A program made the translations under genes and the position numbers. Positions 1 through 14,362 of a DNA stretch of 64,000 nucleotides are shown piece after piece. Origin of the DNA: the human T2T-CHM13v2.0 reference genome, Homo sapiens; assembly GCF_009914755.1 (NCBI RefSeq), contig NC_060947.1; one strand, 5' to 3'. Below the pieces are notes generated by a model. It saw only the letters and a list, made by a program, of their open reading frames with translations, ran no database searches and had not been told where the DNA came from. Every line of letters begins with the position of its first letter. Positions within the stretch are counted from its first letter, which is position 1.

Positions 1-112
1 TTTATGTAAGACTTTCACTCAGTATGCTATTAATGAGATTAATCCATATTGTTGCATTTCTTTAGTGACTGAGTCATATTCCATTGTATGAATATACCAA
101 TGAAGATTTATT

Positions 113-592
113 TTTTTTTAATTTTTTTTATTTTTTGAAGTTTTAAAGCTGGGCATCCGGGGGAGACATCACATGTCAGTAGGTTCCGTGATGCCCCACA
201 AGCCGCAAAACCAGCAAGTTTTTATTAGGGACTTTCAAAAGGGGAGGGAGTGTACGAATAGGTGTGGGTCACAGAGATCACGTACTTCACAAGGTAATAG
301 AATATCACAAGGCAAATGGAGGCAGAGCAAGATCACAGGACCACAGGACCCGGGCGAAATTAAAATTGCTAATGAAGTTTCGGGCACCATTGTCATTGAT
401 AACATCTTATCAGGAGACAGGGTTTGAGAGCAACCGGTCTGACCAAAATTTATTAGGCGAGAATTTCCTCTTCCTAATAAGCCTGGGAGCGCTATGGGAG
501 ACTGGGGTTTATTTCATCCCTACAGTTTCGACCATAGAAGACGGCCACACCCAAGGGGGCCATTTTAGAGACCCACCCTCAGGGGTGCATTC
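113..592 (-). mobile_element. Polyadenylated fragment of a MER11 (HERV-K/HML-8) LTR with 17-bp TSD
   Basis: Reverse complement matches recalled MER11 3' half (ccctgagggtgggtctctaaaatggccccc...gatgcccagctttaaaa); poly(T) 113-136; TSD accaatgaagatttatt at 96-112 and 593-609. Confidence 0.85.
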
Positions 593-790
593 ACCAATGA
601 AGATTTATTATCATAATGATACTTAGGCTCAGTTTAGTTTCTGTATATTGTGAATAAAGGTGCAGTGAATATTTTTAAGCAGGCTTTGTGTGAACCTATG
701 TTTTAATTTCTTTTGGATTAATAGCTGGGAGTGGAATTGTTGAGTCATAGGGAAGGTGTATGCTTAGTTTCATTTAAAATTGCCTCAGTT

Positions 791-892
791 CAGGAGAATG
801 GCGTGAACCCAGGAGGCGGAGCTTGCAGTGAGCCGAGATCGTGCCACCGCACTCCAGCCTGGGCGACAGAGCAAGACTCTGTCTCAAAAAAA
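791..892 (+). mobile_element. 5'-truncated AluY (end of right arm only) with 15-bp TSD
   Basis: gagaatggcgtgaaccc...gcggagcttgcagtgag (AluY diagnostics), A-tail, TSD aaaattgcctcagtt at 776-790 and 893-907. Confidence 0.92.
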
Positions 893-2123
893 AAAATTGC
901 CTCAGTTTTCTCAAAATGGTTATATCATTTTATATTCCCATCAATCAAGTATGACAGTTCCAGTTGTTCTATAATTACTCCAATATTTGATGTCAGTCTT
1001 TTAAATTTTAACCATTCTAGTGGTTTTATTGTAGTATCTCAATGTGCTTTTAATTTGCATTTCCCTGATGACTAGTGATGTCGAGCCCTTTTCATGTGCT
1101 TATTGGACATTTGTGTATTTTCTTTTGTGAGGAGTCTGTTAAAATCTTGTGCCTATATGTCAATTGGGTTGTTTGTATTTTTATTGTTGAGCTGTAGTAA
1201 TTCCTTTTATATCTTGGATACCAGTTTTTTGTCAGATGTATGTATTGTGAATATCTTCTTTCAGTCTCTGGCTTGCTTATTCATATTAATAATTGTATAT
1301 TTTGATGAGTTATTTATCCACTTTTTGTGGTTTTTCCTGTCTTTGCCCTGTCCAAAAAATCCTGCTTAATCTCAAGTCATGTTTTGTTTTTTATATGTTT
1401 GTTTATAAAGGTTTTTTCCTCTGTGTTCCTGTAAAAGTTTTGTAGGTTTTTATGTTTTATGTTTCTAATCCATGACCTTTTATGTTTTAATCGATGATCT
1501 TTCTCAAATAATTTTTGCACTTAGTAATGAAGTAGGGATTCAGGCTCATTTTTTTCCAATAGGGATATCCAGTATTCCAGTACCATTTTTGGAATATGTT
1601 TTTTCCCTATTGGATTGCTTTGGCACCTTTGTTGAAAATCAAGTACACTATCTCTATTCTGTTTCATTGATTTATTTGCTGATTCTTAAGATGATACCAC
1701 ACCGTCTTAATTACTGTACCTTTATAATAAGTCTGGAAGTCAAGTTTGTGGCCAACCCACATCCCAAGATTATGCAGAAGATCTAATAAAGAAAAGCAAG
1801 CTTTTAACTAAATTATAATCAATGCCTTCATCTTTATAATATGAATAATGATTCACTTGGAGCATTTTCAGCTTGTTTATCTGAACCATTAAAGTCATTT
1901 TAAAGTCAGTTTAAAGTCATTACCATTTCCTGGGAAAATTGCTCTAATAATTTGTATAATTTGAAGCATAATCCTTAGGAATATTTAGACCTAGCATTAG
2001 GTAATGTTTCCTGGAACTCTTGGTCAAACTTGGGCTTTCAGGACCACTGCACTAGTTTTGCACTGCTCAGCTCCAGGGAACCATTTACACTGGCATAGTT
2101 GCTAGAAAGGTAAATAAAAGCAA

Positions 2124-2171
2124 GAAAGAAGTTAGAACAGAGTGGAAAGAAGTTAGAACAGAGTGGAAAGA
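2124..2171. repeat. Perfect 21-bp tandem duplication
   Basis: gaaagaagttagaacagagtg twice plus a partial third copy. Confidence 0.9.
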
Positions 2172-4429
2172 TGAGGAAAGAGATAAAAGAAATATTTGTG
2201 GTATAACGTGGTAGGTCGTCATGTGTCTGGTATCTTTTAGATAGACTAGTAAGGTTAGTTTCAATCACTTATTTTAATTGTATCAAAAAAGTAAAGCAGA
2301 TAAAAGTAGAGCTTTCTGGCTAAAGTATATGTGTATAAGATCACCGCAGATCATCCCCTTCACACCTCCTCTTTTATCACCCACAGTCCCTAAAGCTGAA
2401 ATCCAGCATATAGTAAGGTTGTTACATTGCATATTGCAGTTTGGACATTTATAAATTATGGAGGCAAAAAAGTGGTGTGCTTTTTTGCCAAAGTGGAAAC
2501 TATGTGTTTATAATTCTTTGAGCTTTTTTGACACTAAAGCAGTTGTCTCATGGGTATAGCATCTCCAATCAATTTCGACCATTGGGAATCCTGTGTATAA
2601 GATAGATTTATGTAAGAACATTATATATATTGAGGTTGCTAACATGTGTCTAGTTAAAAATGTAATGAATAAACTACAATTTTATATATACACTTACATA
2701 GTTTTTTATTTCTCCATTTGTTCCAGTTTCTTTCCATGTTCTGTTAACTAATAGATGCTCAAAAAGTTAATTATCAGCATGATTGCCTCAATCAGAAACT
2801 ATGACTTTTTCCTAACTTAGGAAGAGAGAGAATAGTTGCTTGGATAATAGTTTTCTACTGTTGTGGTTAGTCCTGAGGCCTCCATCTTGGCAGGAATAAT
2901 TTATGCTAATAAGAAATAGGTTGATGATAAATATCAAGTATAACCTCATGTCAACAAGAGGCGAAGCAGCAAATTGCCAGGTTGTTGCTATTTTTATTAA
3001 GATCAAAGCTCATTGGTTGACGATATGCATATAAGACATATCCTGGACTCTTTCTGCCTGTAAAGAATTCTGCACCTCCATCTTCCAGACCTGTTTATTA
3101 AATCTCTTTCTCACCCATGCTTCCACTGATTTCTGTAAGATGGAGCTAATTAAAGGACAGTTTTTTTTTTGTCATGACAAGAGCATAAAGTGACAGTAGA
3201 TTTTGAGTAGTATATAAATGGAAGCTGCTTTGGAAATAATTGCTATATTTGAGTGACGAGTATTGAGAAAACACTACTAGCTTTAATATTTGAGGAAGTC
3301 ATATGTTTTCTAAATATTAATCACTAGCCTGTTGCATAGAACTGGAGCTTTTGAATTTGGGAAGGTCTGTGGTGGCAGTGGTACATTTTTTCCCACCATT
3401 GGTATCTGATTTTATGTAATCAGTGTTTGATAATAAAAAACATTATTAAGACTGCATTTTTTTTTCTGTTGGTTACAAATGAAACAGCCAGAACTGTAGC
3501 ATTCCTTGTTTTTGTGATCCTACTAAACTATGGTTTTCCTGATTTCTGCTCATGTTGGAAAATACCATGGGAACTTTCATGCAGAACACTTGCCTTACTG
3601 AAAATGGTAGCAGAGCTTCTTCTTTGCTGCCTGTGAAGTAAAGATCATATTAGCTCTTTCTATTGTGAGTTCCAGATGCTTTGATGATCAGCCAGTAATT
3701 GTGTTAGAAATGCACAGGAAATGGTTGATCCACTTGGTGTAAAGGCAAAAACCAATTTCTTCTTACTGCCTGTCAGCAGGCAACAGGGAGGCCTATGGCA
3801 TGTTAGTGCATTTTTACACTGGCATAGAGCCCTGGAGTTAGACTTACTGAGTCTTAAATGCACTTCGAACACAGGTTTTGACTGCTTCATAGGAGACATT
3901 CCAGACATATTTATGCTCAGCACAACTCTGAAGTTTTTATTCTTATTATCATGGTACTGTGGTCTTTTTGTTTGCTTCTTTTATCTGTGATGTTAGTACT
4001 TTTCCAAGGCCAAGTTAAAACAAATAACTACAGTTAAGTTCAACTTGTGTTAATCTGTTTACATTTATGGAACAGCTTTGCTGCAATCTGGAGAAAGATA
4101 ATGAAACACAGGATACGTCTGTACATGCCTGGTAGAATGGAAAGCTGCAGTACTGTCAATAGGCCATCAATAAAGATATTCTTACCATAAAATTAAGGTT
4201 CATCTTATTTCCCAGTTTTCTTTTTACAGTAAGGCTATATCTGTTGATTAACTCATTTATCTGGAAGTAAATCATTCTAAATGATACTGGACATTTTCAT
4301 AACATCCAGAAATAAATTCTAGCTTAAAATCTGATGATTTTATTATGTTACTCATGTTTTTTACTTCACCATTCTCGACCACTAATTTTTAGTTGGAAGT
4401 CTTGGATAATTTCTTCCAGTGAAATTAGT

Positions 4430-4660
4430 TAGTAATGGAAGGAATGTGGCATTTGAAAGCAAAAGATGGAGTTCAAGTGTTAGCCTACGGTGCTATTCTA
4501 ATCTAAATATTCATTTAAGCCTTCTAAACCTCAGTTTCTATATCTGAAAACATAGGTAAATATTCCTGCATACATCAGAGCATTATTACTGAGAGGACCA
4601 GATAAGTATATGTCATATTATTTATAAATTGCAAAGAAATATACAAATGTTCATCATCAT
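4430..4660 (+). mobile_element. MIR SINE remnant
   Basis: Core-like ttctaaacctcagtttctatatctgaaaacatagg. Confidence 0.55.
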
Positions 4661-7399
4661 TTTTGTTGTTTGCAATGCTTTTAACTCAAGCTTCTTAACA
4701 CATCAATCCCATGTATATAATTCCTTATGTGCCAGGTTAGATATAATAATATAACTTGAGAATGTATATTTCATTTTATTTTTGAAAATATACGTATCTT
4801 AAGATTTTCTTCCCAAGGTTTCATATTATAAATGAATAACAATCATGACTGCAGAAGAAATTTAATTATAAGCACTGTCCATCTCTCCCCATTCCCAAAG
4901 TAAAATAACTGCTTTCAGTTTGAATAGGTAAATTAAATGTTTCTCTGCTCCTTCTATTATAGCTTTTAAGAAACAGTATTAAATGATTCCTTGAGTTGAT
5001 TTCACTTTAAGATTATTTTAATCCATTACTCATTTGAGTTTGCATCATTGAATTTTCTTTATCAAGGACGTAAGCAGGTTAAATGTGTATTGGGGAAATG
5101 TCTTAAATGTCAGTACTATGGTCTGGCTGCCTTGTGAGTACCTCATCATTGGAGGTGTTAATAAGGTGTGACTGGATGGCTAGAAATATTTTAGGTGGAT
5201 ATCATACATCATGTAGAGCTGAAGACTGGAAAACTGCTAATTCTATGCTGTGATCCTTACTTATGTTTATTTTCCAATTTAGATGATTAACAGATACAAA
5301 TAGTTATTTCCTTCAAACATTGCTTGTTTCACTTCAAAACTTTGGGAATGCATGCTACGGAAAAATCTACTTCAGTAGCATGTGAAAAAATACATCTTAT
5401 TTGCCTTACCATCAGTTTTCTAAGCATTTTTTTTCTCTTTTGAATACTCATAATATTTTATGTTTGTCTTATACCATTTATCTCATTCTATCTAATAAAT
5501 ACTAACTTGTTTATTTCTCTTATTGTCCTTATTGGGTTTTAAAGTTCTTCTGGGGAGATATTTAACAATCTCCGTATACCCCACATGAGCTATACAGAGC
5601 CAACACTATATAAAATAAAGTTATCAAATTTCATTTATTGTCATTAGTGCCTAAAACTTGGGGAAAAGTTGCTATTGAATAAAATAGCGTACACTTGGTT
5701 TCTTTCTTATCTGCCAGTCACAGAATCTACTCTTAGCAAATGTCATTCTGATTTAGAGTAATTTTCTAATATAGAAATCTCATTTACCCAAATACCATTA
5801 AAATTATCTAATAAGGTAACGATTTTTAAAAGGTCCCATTTCACTATTTCCAAATGGTATCCAAAAGTACTTGTAAATAAAAAATTTACCCTAAGTGAGC
5901 TGTAGGCATAGCTTCCCCATCCAAAACATAAAGTTATAGAGGCTAATCTCACGAACTTTTCTGTGGATTTTTAAGGTTAAACTACTGGTAAAGAAGCAAT
6001 TGGTAATTTGTTCAGACTGGATGCCAGAATAGCTCCGTTGTCTGTTAGCTGATGTCTTTGAATCTTTGGGCTCACTTTTTATCAATGTGAGTTTATGAGA
6101 AGCCTTAAACTCTGGCATACTTCAAAGTCTGGTAACTTTTTTTAGGCCTCTCACCTCCTTTCTGCAACCTTTCTTAACTCTCACATTAGGGGGAAAAAAC
6201 ATATGGGATCTCAAAAAAACTAAGTAAGCATATTTTATTGTTTATCTTAAAAAATGCATTTTTTTAAATCAAGGAAAATCATTAACTACATCAGTATCGA
6301 TGAATTACATGTTGTAGTCATCATATTTTAATGAGTCTTCTCTAATATTTTTAGTTCTGAGTTTGTAGAAAGTGGCAGATGCTGTTCTGGTTAAAAGGCT
6401 TTCCAACTGATTAACGTGTTCATCCCTAATTTAATTTTTTAAGAAAGACACTTATGACAGCGAGAAGAAAACGTTTCATCTTCATAGGAAATCTGGCAAA
6501 ATATCTTGGCTTTTGCTCAAAATTTGAAAGCAAATGGGAATCAGTTTCAAATATTGGAAAAGTCAAGAAAACGATTCTAGCTCTGGCTCTGTCATTGGCT
6601 CTCTATTTCTTCATGTATAAAATGATGGAAATAGATTAATTTCTAATACCTCTTTCAACTCCACTAACATTCTTTTATTGATAGCATTTGTTAGGGAGAA
6701 ATAACAAGATTTGTTTATGGATTGTGATAGGATATCAATAAGGGGGTATAACAAAGATACCTAAAATTTTCATCCTTGGACTAGTAAAGAATGGTCAGTC
6801 CACAAAAACAAAATAGGGGTTTTGTGTTAAGGGTAGCCAGGTCGAAGATAACTTCTGTTTTGAAATGTTAAAGGAATATCTTCTACAAGTTTATGAGACT
6901 CATGGGAGTGGCCATTGCATGGTAATATGGCATAGTATTATATTGTTTACATACAATTTAAAAAGTACAGGTAGTACTGAAAAACATCTGTTCCTGTCCT
7001 CATCCCTTTTGACTCCTAGATCAGTTTTTCCAGGGCAAAAGTTGCAAATAATTTTTGCTTTATCAACATTTTTTATTAACTTCATGCTATGATAGATGAT
7101 GTACTCTTTGTGCTACTTCCCTTATCCCTCTTCCACCATCTCCTCCCAATGTGTTACTGTTTTTAATTAAATCAATAAGCAATGTTTACATTATTTTGAA
7201 TATGTACATATTATAAATATGTTGCTTATTGTATTGTCAGGTAATACTCTATGGTTCTATTTCTTTTTATCTTTTCCCTATAGTTTCTAATTACATTTCT
7301 TTTATTCCTGTAATACATTTCTTATACTATTTGGGTTTTTCTTAATGCTCCATGATATCCACTTTCCTCACTTTTTCCCTGAGAGACTACACTGGGAAC

Positions 7400-8330
7400 C
7401 AAATTGTCAGTGGTCTTTTTTTATTTTCTGATTTTGTTTATGGTACATAAAAATAGAATTCACTTTAACATATTGGTTTCATATCCAGCAACTTTGCTAA
7501 AATTCATTAATTCTAATTTCTTTGTAGATTCTTTTGAATTTTCTCTGTATGCAATCATATCACCTGTGAATAACATTTTTGTTTCTTTTTTTTAAACAAA
7601 CTTTTTCTTTTCTTTCAATAATGGCTAGGCCCTAGGTTAAATCCAACTTTATCACATTTTATTTAATATTTTTGCATCTGTATTCATTGGTAAGATTGGC
7701 CTGTAATTTTTCTTTCAGACTCAGTTCTGTTTAGGTTTGATATAATGGTTATGCTAGGTTTATCTCTCCTCTTCTGTTTTCTGGAAGAGTTTGGTTAGGT
7801 TTAATGCTTTTTGTTCTAGCTTAATTACATTATGGTTAGAGATCATGTTCTGTACAAATTCCATCCTTCGAGATTTGTTTAGACAAGCCTTAAGGTCCAG
7901 TATATGGTTAGTTTTTATAAATATCCCGGATGTGCCTGATATAAATGTGTGTCTTTCATTTCATGAGGCATTGTATTATATATGTCCATTAGAACACGTT
8001 TCTTAGTCATGTTCAAATCTTTCTACATTTTTACAGTTTATTTTCTTTACATGTTCAATCAGCCATTAGAGGTCTGTTTAAAATCTCCGACTCTGATTGT
8101 GGATTTGTTTATTTCAATTTGTTTATTTCAATTTATTTTAATATCTTCCTTGGGAACCAAACCTTTTATCATTCTGAAGTGGCCTTGTTTCAGCTTTTGC
8201 AACACTTGTGCCTCAAAATCTACTTTGACTGAAATTAATACAGCTATACTAGCTTCTTTTGGTTATTATTTGTGTATGACTTTTAAAATTTTTAATTCCA
8301 ACCTTTCTGTGTAACTGTATGTTTTTGATA
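7400..8330 (-). mobile_element. Old L1 ORF2 fragments
   Basis: Antisense L1 ORF2-like motifs (atatccagcaactttgctaaaattc; aaaatctccgactctgattgtggatttg). Confidence 0.6.
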
Positions 8331-8857
8331 TCTCTGATGAATGGCTCAAATGTTGAAATTTGCCCCTGTTTTTGCAGTCTGAAGGTATTTGTCTCTAGAA
8401 TGTTTCTCAATGTACTTACCTAACTTTTTAGTAACCAGATTTTCAAAAAATTTAAAGACGATATAATGAACACCATTGTATATTCATCTAGATTCAACAC
8501 TTGTTAGTATTTTGCCATATTTGTTTGTCTCTTGCTTTCCAGGGTATCTATGTGTGTGCATGTGTTTAATGATTATGTAAGTATATGTGTGTTTATACAC
8601 ATTTTGCTAAGCCATTTAAAAGTAAGTTGCAGAAATCAGACACTTTATATGCATAAATACCTGAGCATGCATCATGCCTCACCTAAGGAAACATAAACAT
8701 GACATAATTATCAAACATAAGAAAATCAACAGCAATCTTAAAGTGTTATTTAATATTCAAGTCATAAACAAATTTCCCTAATGGTCCTAAAAAGTCTTTC
8801 ATAGCTGTTCATGTACTGCATTTATTTATTCTCTTACAAATTTGAATATCTAGAATG

Positions 8858-9347
8858 CGTTGGAGGAAAATTTTCCGTGGATCTTTCATGTCTCTGTACA
8901 TCCTGAGAAGAGAGGCATTGTCATTGTTCTGAACTCTCTTTTCAAGGATCTGTTATAATGAATAACTCGGAAAATTGAGATAGTATCTCACTTTGGAGGA
9001 AAGGCCAGGTTTGTCTACCTTCTAGTACAATAAAGATATTAAAAATATCTCTGGGCAAAGATAAAGCAAGCTTACTGCCCACTATAAAATATATGGATTC
9101 CCTAAACACCCAGTTTTTCTTCTATAACCTATTGCACTGCATGTGAAGGCATCACCTTGTCTGCTTTACATCACCTTGTGGGAATTGGGGCTCGCGGAAA
9201 CCCAGGGTATTACTGTAAATAATAAATTAGTTGTTGTCTCTGATTAAGAAGTCTTGTAGCGTTTGCTGGTGTCTATAAAACTATGGCAAGGCTAACTTGT
9301 TAACTTTCAAGCATAGAAAAGTCTTAGTCCCTTCACGGTTCTTGACA
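8858..9347 (+). mobile_element. Solo LTR, ERVL class (LTR40-like)
   Basis: About 490 bp, (c)gttggagg...cttgaca ends, internal aataaa, 5-bp TSD gaatg at 8853-8857 and 9348-9352. Confidence 0.7.
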
Positions 9348-10467
9348 GAATGGTCTTCCCACTTTTTACTTCATTGCACTGATTTTTTTTAACAGCTTCA
9401 TTGAGATATAATTTACATACCATACATTTTACCCATTTAAAGTTCTCAGTAATTTTAGAATATTTACAGTAGGGCAAGCATCACCAAAATCAATTTTAGA
9501 TTTTTTATCAACCCAAAAAGAAACCTCATGTCTCTTAGCTGTCACGTTCCATGGCAGCCCAGCCCCCCAGCCCTAGGAAACCATCAATCTACTTGTCACT
9601 ATAGGTTTGTCTATTCTGAACATTTCATAGAAGTAAAATCATGCAACGTGTGGTATTTTTTGTCTGGCTTCTTTCACTTAGCATAATGTTTTCAAGGTTC
9701 ATCCATGCTGTAGCATAAATCGGTACTTCATTCCTCTTTATTGCCAAATAATATTATATTGTATGCATATACTACATTTTGTTTTTCAGTTCATTTTTTC
9801 ATGGACATTTAGGTTGTTTTATACTTTTTTGACTCTTATAAATAATGATGCTATGAACATTCATGTACAGATTTTTGCATAGACATGTTTCTGTTTTATA
9901 CCTAAGAGTGGAATTGCTGGATCACGTTTACTTTGTTTAGGAACTGCCCGACTTTTATAAAGTGGTTACTCCATTTTGCATTCCCACTAGCAATGTAGGA
10001 GAGTTTCAGTTTCTCCACATCCTCAATAATACCTGTTATTGTCTGTCTTGATTATAGCTATCTAGTGTGCGTGAAGTGGTATTTCATTGTGGTTTTGATT
10101 TTCTTTTCATTTCCCTGATTATTAACGATGTTGAGCATATATTTATGTACAATAAGCCCATAAAAAGATATATATATATTTTGAAAAATGTCTATTCAAA
10201 TCTTTTGCCCATTATAAATTGTATTATTTGCTTTCTAGTACATTATAAGAATTCTTTATATATTCTTGATATGATTCTCCTGTAAGGTATATGATTGGCA
10301 AATACATTTTCCCATTCTGTAGGTTGTCTTTTCACTTTCTTGGTAGTGTCCTTTGAAGCTCAAACTTTTACAATTTTGATAAAATTGTTTTTAACTTTTT
10401 TTGTTACTTGTACTGTTGCTATAATATCTAAGAAGGCTTTGACTAAACAAAGGTAAAAAAAAAATTA

Positions 10468-10765
<298 letters not shown>

Positions 10766-11627
10766 AAGAATATTTAGCTCTGTGTTTTCTTCTAAGAGTT
10801 TTATAGTTTTAGTTCTTGTGTTTAATCTTTGATCTGTTTTAAGTTAATTTCTATGTATAGTGTGTAGAAGAGGTCCAAGTTTATTCATTTGCATATAGGT
10901 ATCCAGTTGTTCCAGCAGTGTTTGTTGTAATACTATTCCTTCCCTCAGTGAATGTCCTTGGCACCTTTGTCAAAAATCTATTCACCATAGATGTATGGGT
11001 TTATTTTTGTAATCTCAATTCTGTCCCATTGATCTACACGTCTGTCCTTTTGCCAGTACCACACTGGTTTGATTATTGTAGGTTTGTAGCAAATTTTGAA
11101 ATTGGAAAGTGTAAATCCTTCAGCTTTGTTCTTTAAATATTATTTTGGCCTTTGGGGTTCCTTGCAATTCCCTATGAATTTCATGTCAGTTTTATGATCA
11201 GCTTTTCCATTTCTGCAAAGAGGGCGGTTGGAATTTTTATAAGGATTGCCTTGAAGGTGCAGAAAAATGTAGGGAGCATTATCATCTTAGCAATATTAAG
11301 TCTTCTGATCCATGAACATGGGATAATTTTTTATTTAGTTAGGTTTTCTCTAAATTCTGTCAACAATGATTTGTAGTTTTTCAGAGTAAAAATTTTTCAT
11401 TTCTTAAGTTTATTCCTAAGAATTTTATCATTTTCATGCAGTTGTAAATGGATTTTTTCACTTAACTTTATGCTAGTCTATAGGAATACAATTGATTTTT
11501 ATATAGTGATCTTGTACCATGTGACCTTGCTAAATTCATTTATTTGCTCTAATAGGATTTTCTGTTTACAAGACTGTGTCTTATGCAAAGAGATAGGGCT
11601 TTACTTCCTTCTTTTTGATATGGATGG

Positions 11628-11735
11628 TTTGTGATGTGATTATTTCACATTGCATGCCTGTATCAAAACATCTCATATACCCCATAAATACATAAACCTA
11701 CTATGTACCCACAAAAAATTAAAAATGAAAAAATT
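11628..11735 (+). mobile_element. Short L1MA 3'-end fragment in the opposite orientation to its host
   Basis: cattgcatgcctgtatcaaaacatctcat...tatgtacccacaaaaaattaaaaa. Confidence 0.7.
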
Positions 11736-14047
11736 TGCATAGGGATTGTTAATTTCCTTGTGTAATTGCCCTACATAGAACCTGTAGGATTATGTGGAAA
11801 AGAAATGACAGAGTGGACATTCTTGTCTTGTTCCTGGTCTTATAGGGAAATGATTTAGTCTTTTACCATTAAGTATAGCGTTAGCTGTGGGTTTTTTGTA
11901 GATGCCCTTATCAAGTTGAGGAATTTCCCTGTTATTCTGATCTTAATAGTAATGTCCTCTCTTTTATTTCTGATTTTAATTTGAGTCTTCTCTTTTCTTG
12001 GTGGTTTGACAATTTTTTTGAGCTTTTCTGAGAACCAGCTTTTGATCTTGTTGATTTTCCCTATTCATTTTTTATTGTTCATTTCATTAATTTCAGCTCA
12101 AATCTTTATTATTTCCTTCTTTCTACTTGTTTTGGGGTTACTTCGCTCTCTTTTTCTGATGTTTTACATTGAAATGTTAGTTTATGATTTGGCATCTTTT
12201 TTAATATAGGCAGTTACTGCTGCAAATTTATCTCTAATCACTGCTTTAAATGAGTCCCATATGTTTTGGTATTGTGTGGTTTTATTTTCACTCACCTCAA
12301 AATATTTCTAATAAACCTTGTCATTTGTTCTTTGACCTATAGGTTAATTAAAAGTGAAATATTTCTTTTCTTTATACTTGTTGATATCCTGTTTATTTCT
12401 GTTATTGATTTCTAATTTTATTCCATTGTGGTTGGAAAACATGCTTTGTGTAATTGCAATACTTTTAAGTTTATTGATGTTTGTTTTATGGCCTAGCATA
12501 TGATCTATCCTGGAGAATGTTCTATGCATTCTTGAGAAAAAGGTATATTCTACTGTAATTGGGCAGAGTGTTGAATAGATGTGTCTTAAATGCAGTTGGT
12601 TTATAGTGTTGTTCAAGTCCTCTATTTCCTTGTTGATCTTCTGTCTCTCACTGTTCCACTGATTATTAAAAGTGGAGTATTGAAGTCCCCAACTATTTTT
12701 GAATTGTCTATTTCTTACTTTGATTCAGCCAGTTTTTGTTTCATGTATCTTGGTGTTCTGTTGTTAGATGTATCTGTGTTTATAATTGACATGGCATCCT
12801 GTAGAATTGACCCTTTTATCATTATAAAATTCCTCTCTCTATCTCTAGACTTTTTTTGTTTTAGAATATATTTTATCTGTTATTAGCACATCTACTCTAG
12901 CTTCCTTAAGGTTGCTGTTAGCATGACTGTATTTTTCAATCCTTGTAGTTTCAACCTTTTTGTATGTTTTAATCTAATGTGTTCTGTAGCTGCCATTGGA
13001 TCTTGATTTTTTTATGAAGTCTGCCAATCTCTGATTTTTGTTTGGCTTGTTTAATCCATGCACATTCAATGTTATTATTGATATAGTTGGATTTTTGTCC
13101 GTAATTTCACTTTTTGTTTTCTATGTATCTCATGGTTTTTTGTTGTTGTTCTTATGTTCCTCCTTTACTGCCTTCTTTTTTTTTATTAAGTGAATATTTT
13201 CTAGTTTAATATTGCAGTTTCTTTAATGATTTTATTTAATGTATTTTTATTTGTTTTTCTTAATGGTTGCTTACCACGTAAATTATAACCTATTAGAGTT
13301 TACTTAAGATTTATAGAGTTCTCTATTCTTACTGTCTTCTCTTACTCTAGGCAAAATTGCTGATACTGTTCCAGAGCTGGGAGCGGGAACACTGTTCCCC
13401 TTCTTTTGGAGTAACACACCTGCTTTATTAGCAGGGCACTAAGCAGGAAGAATAGCCTTTGATCTTCCTGGCTTGCCTCTTTCAGCATCATCTTCTGTTC
13501 TATGAGCAAGTTAGAGTGAGGGCAACCAGATCAAATACTCCTGGGCTGCTGTGCCTGGCTGGAGTAGAGCTTTTGCCTTATGAGTTAGGGCTGTGTGGAG
13601 GACAAGAGTCTAAGAACTCTCAGCTACTCTCACTTGGAACAGAGCTTCTATAACAGGACACACACGGTAGGGGAAGATCAGAAATGCTGATGACTTGTTC
13701 CTTCCTGTGAGATACTGTAGTGCTTAACTGGGAGCTGGGAGGAGAAGGAGCCCTGGTTTATGGATGCACCTACCTTGGGTGAAGCCTTTGTGAAGCTGAG
13801 CAAGGGAGGTGGAGAAGGAAGGAGCAGGTCATAATGCCATAGATACCTGTTGTACATATCAAGATTTAACACATATTGTTGAACGTTTGTTCATTGGCTG
13901 TATGTTCGTAGGACAATATCCAGATACTTGAGTTTTTAAAACATAAATTTCCCCACTTATCATTGTTTTGCTAGGGAGATGGTCCACAGAGGTCCTCACA
14001 CTGCCATTCACAAAGTCATCTCTCCCATGGCATGGCATTGACTTTTT

Positions 14048-14186
14048 CCCTTTCCTTTTCCTCTTTCTTTCTTCCTTTCTTTCTTTCTCTTTCTTTCTTC
14101 TTTCCTTCTTTCTTTCTTTCTCTCGCTCTCCCTTCCTTCCTTCCCTCCCTCCTTCCTTTCCTCCCTCCCTCCCTCCCTCCCTCCCT

Positions 14187-14251
<65 letters not shown>

Positions 14252-14259
14252 TTTCTTTC

Positions 14260-14305
<46 letters not shown>

Positions 14306-14362
14306 TCCTCCTCCTCCTTCTTCTTCTTTTCTTTTCTTTTCCTTTCCTTTCTTCTTTTTTTT
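14048..14362. repeat. Compound polypyrimidine microsatellite (TTTC)n/(CCTT)n/(CCCT)n/(CCT)n
   Basis: About 315 bp of almost pure C/T on the + strand. Confidence 0.97.

Larger units (their letters stand above)
1..1740 (-). mobile_element. Old L1M-type LINE-1 3' portion, interrupted by two younger insertions
   Basis: Antisense L1 3' motifs such as ttccattgtatgaatatacc, tttaatttgcatttccctgatgactagtgatg and ggcacctttgttgaaaatc. Confidence 0.75.

Noticed and set aside
173-626. 84- and 120-aa ORFs
   Set aside because: Antisense readings of the MER11 LTR fragment
5891-6118. 75-aa ORF in apparently unique sequence, possible processed pseudogene
   Set aside because: No recognisable homology, tail or TSD
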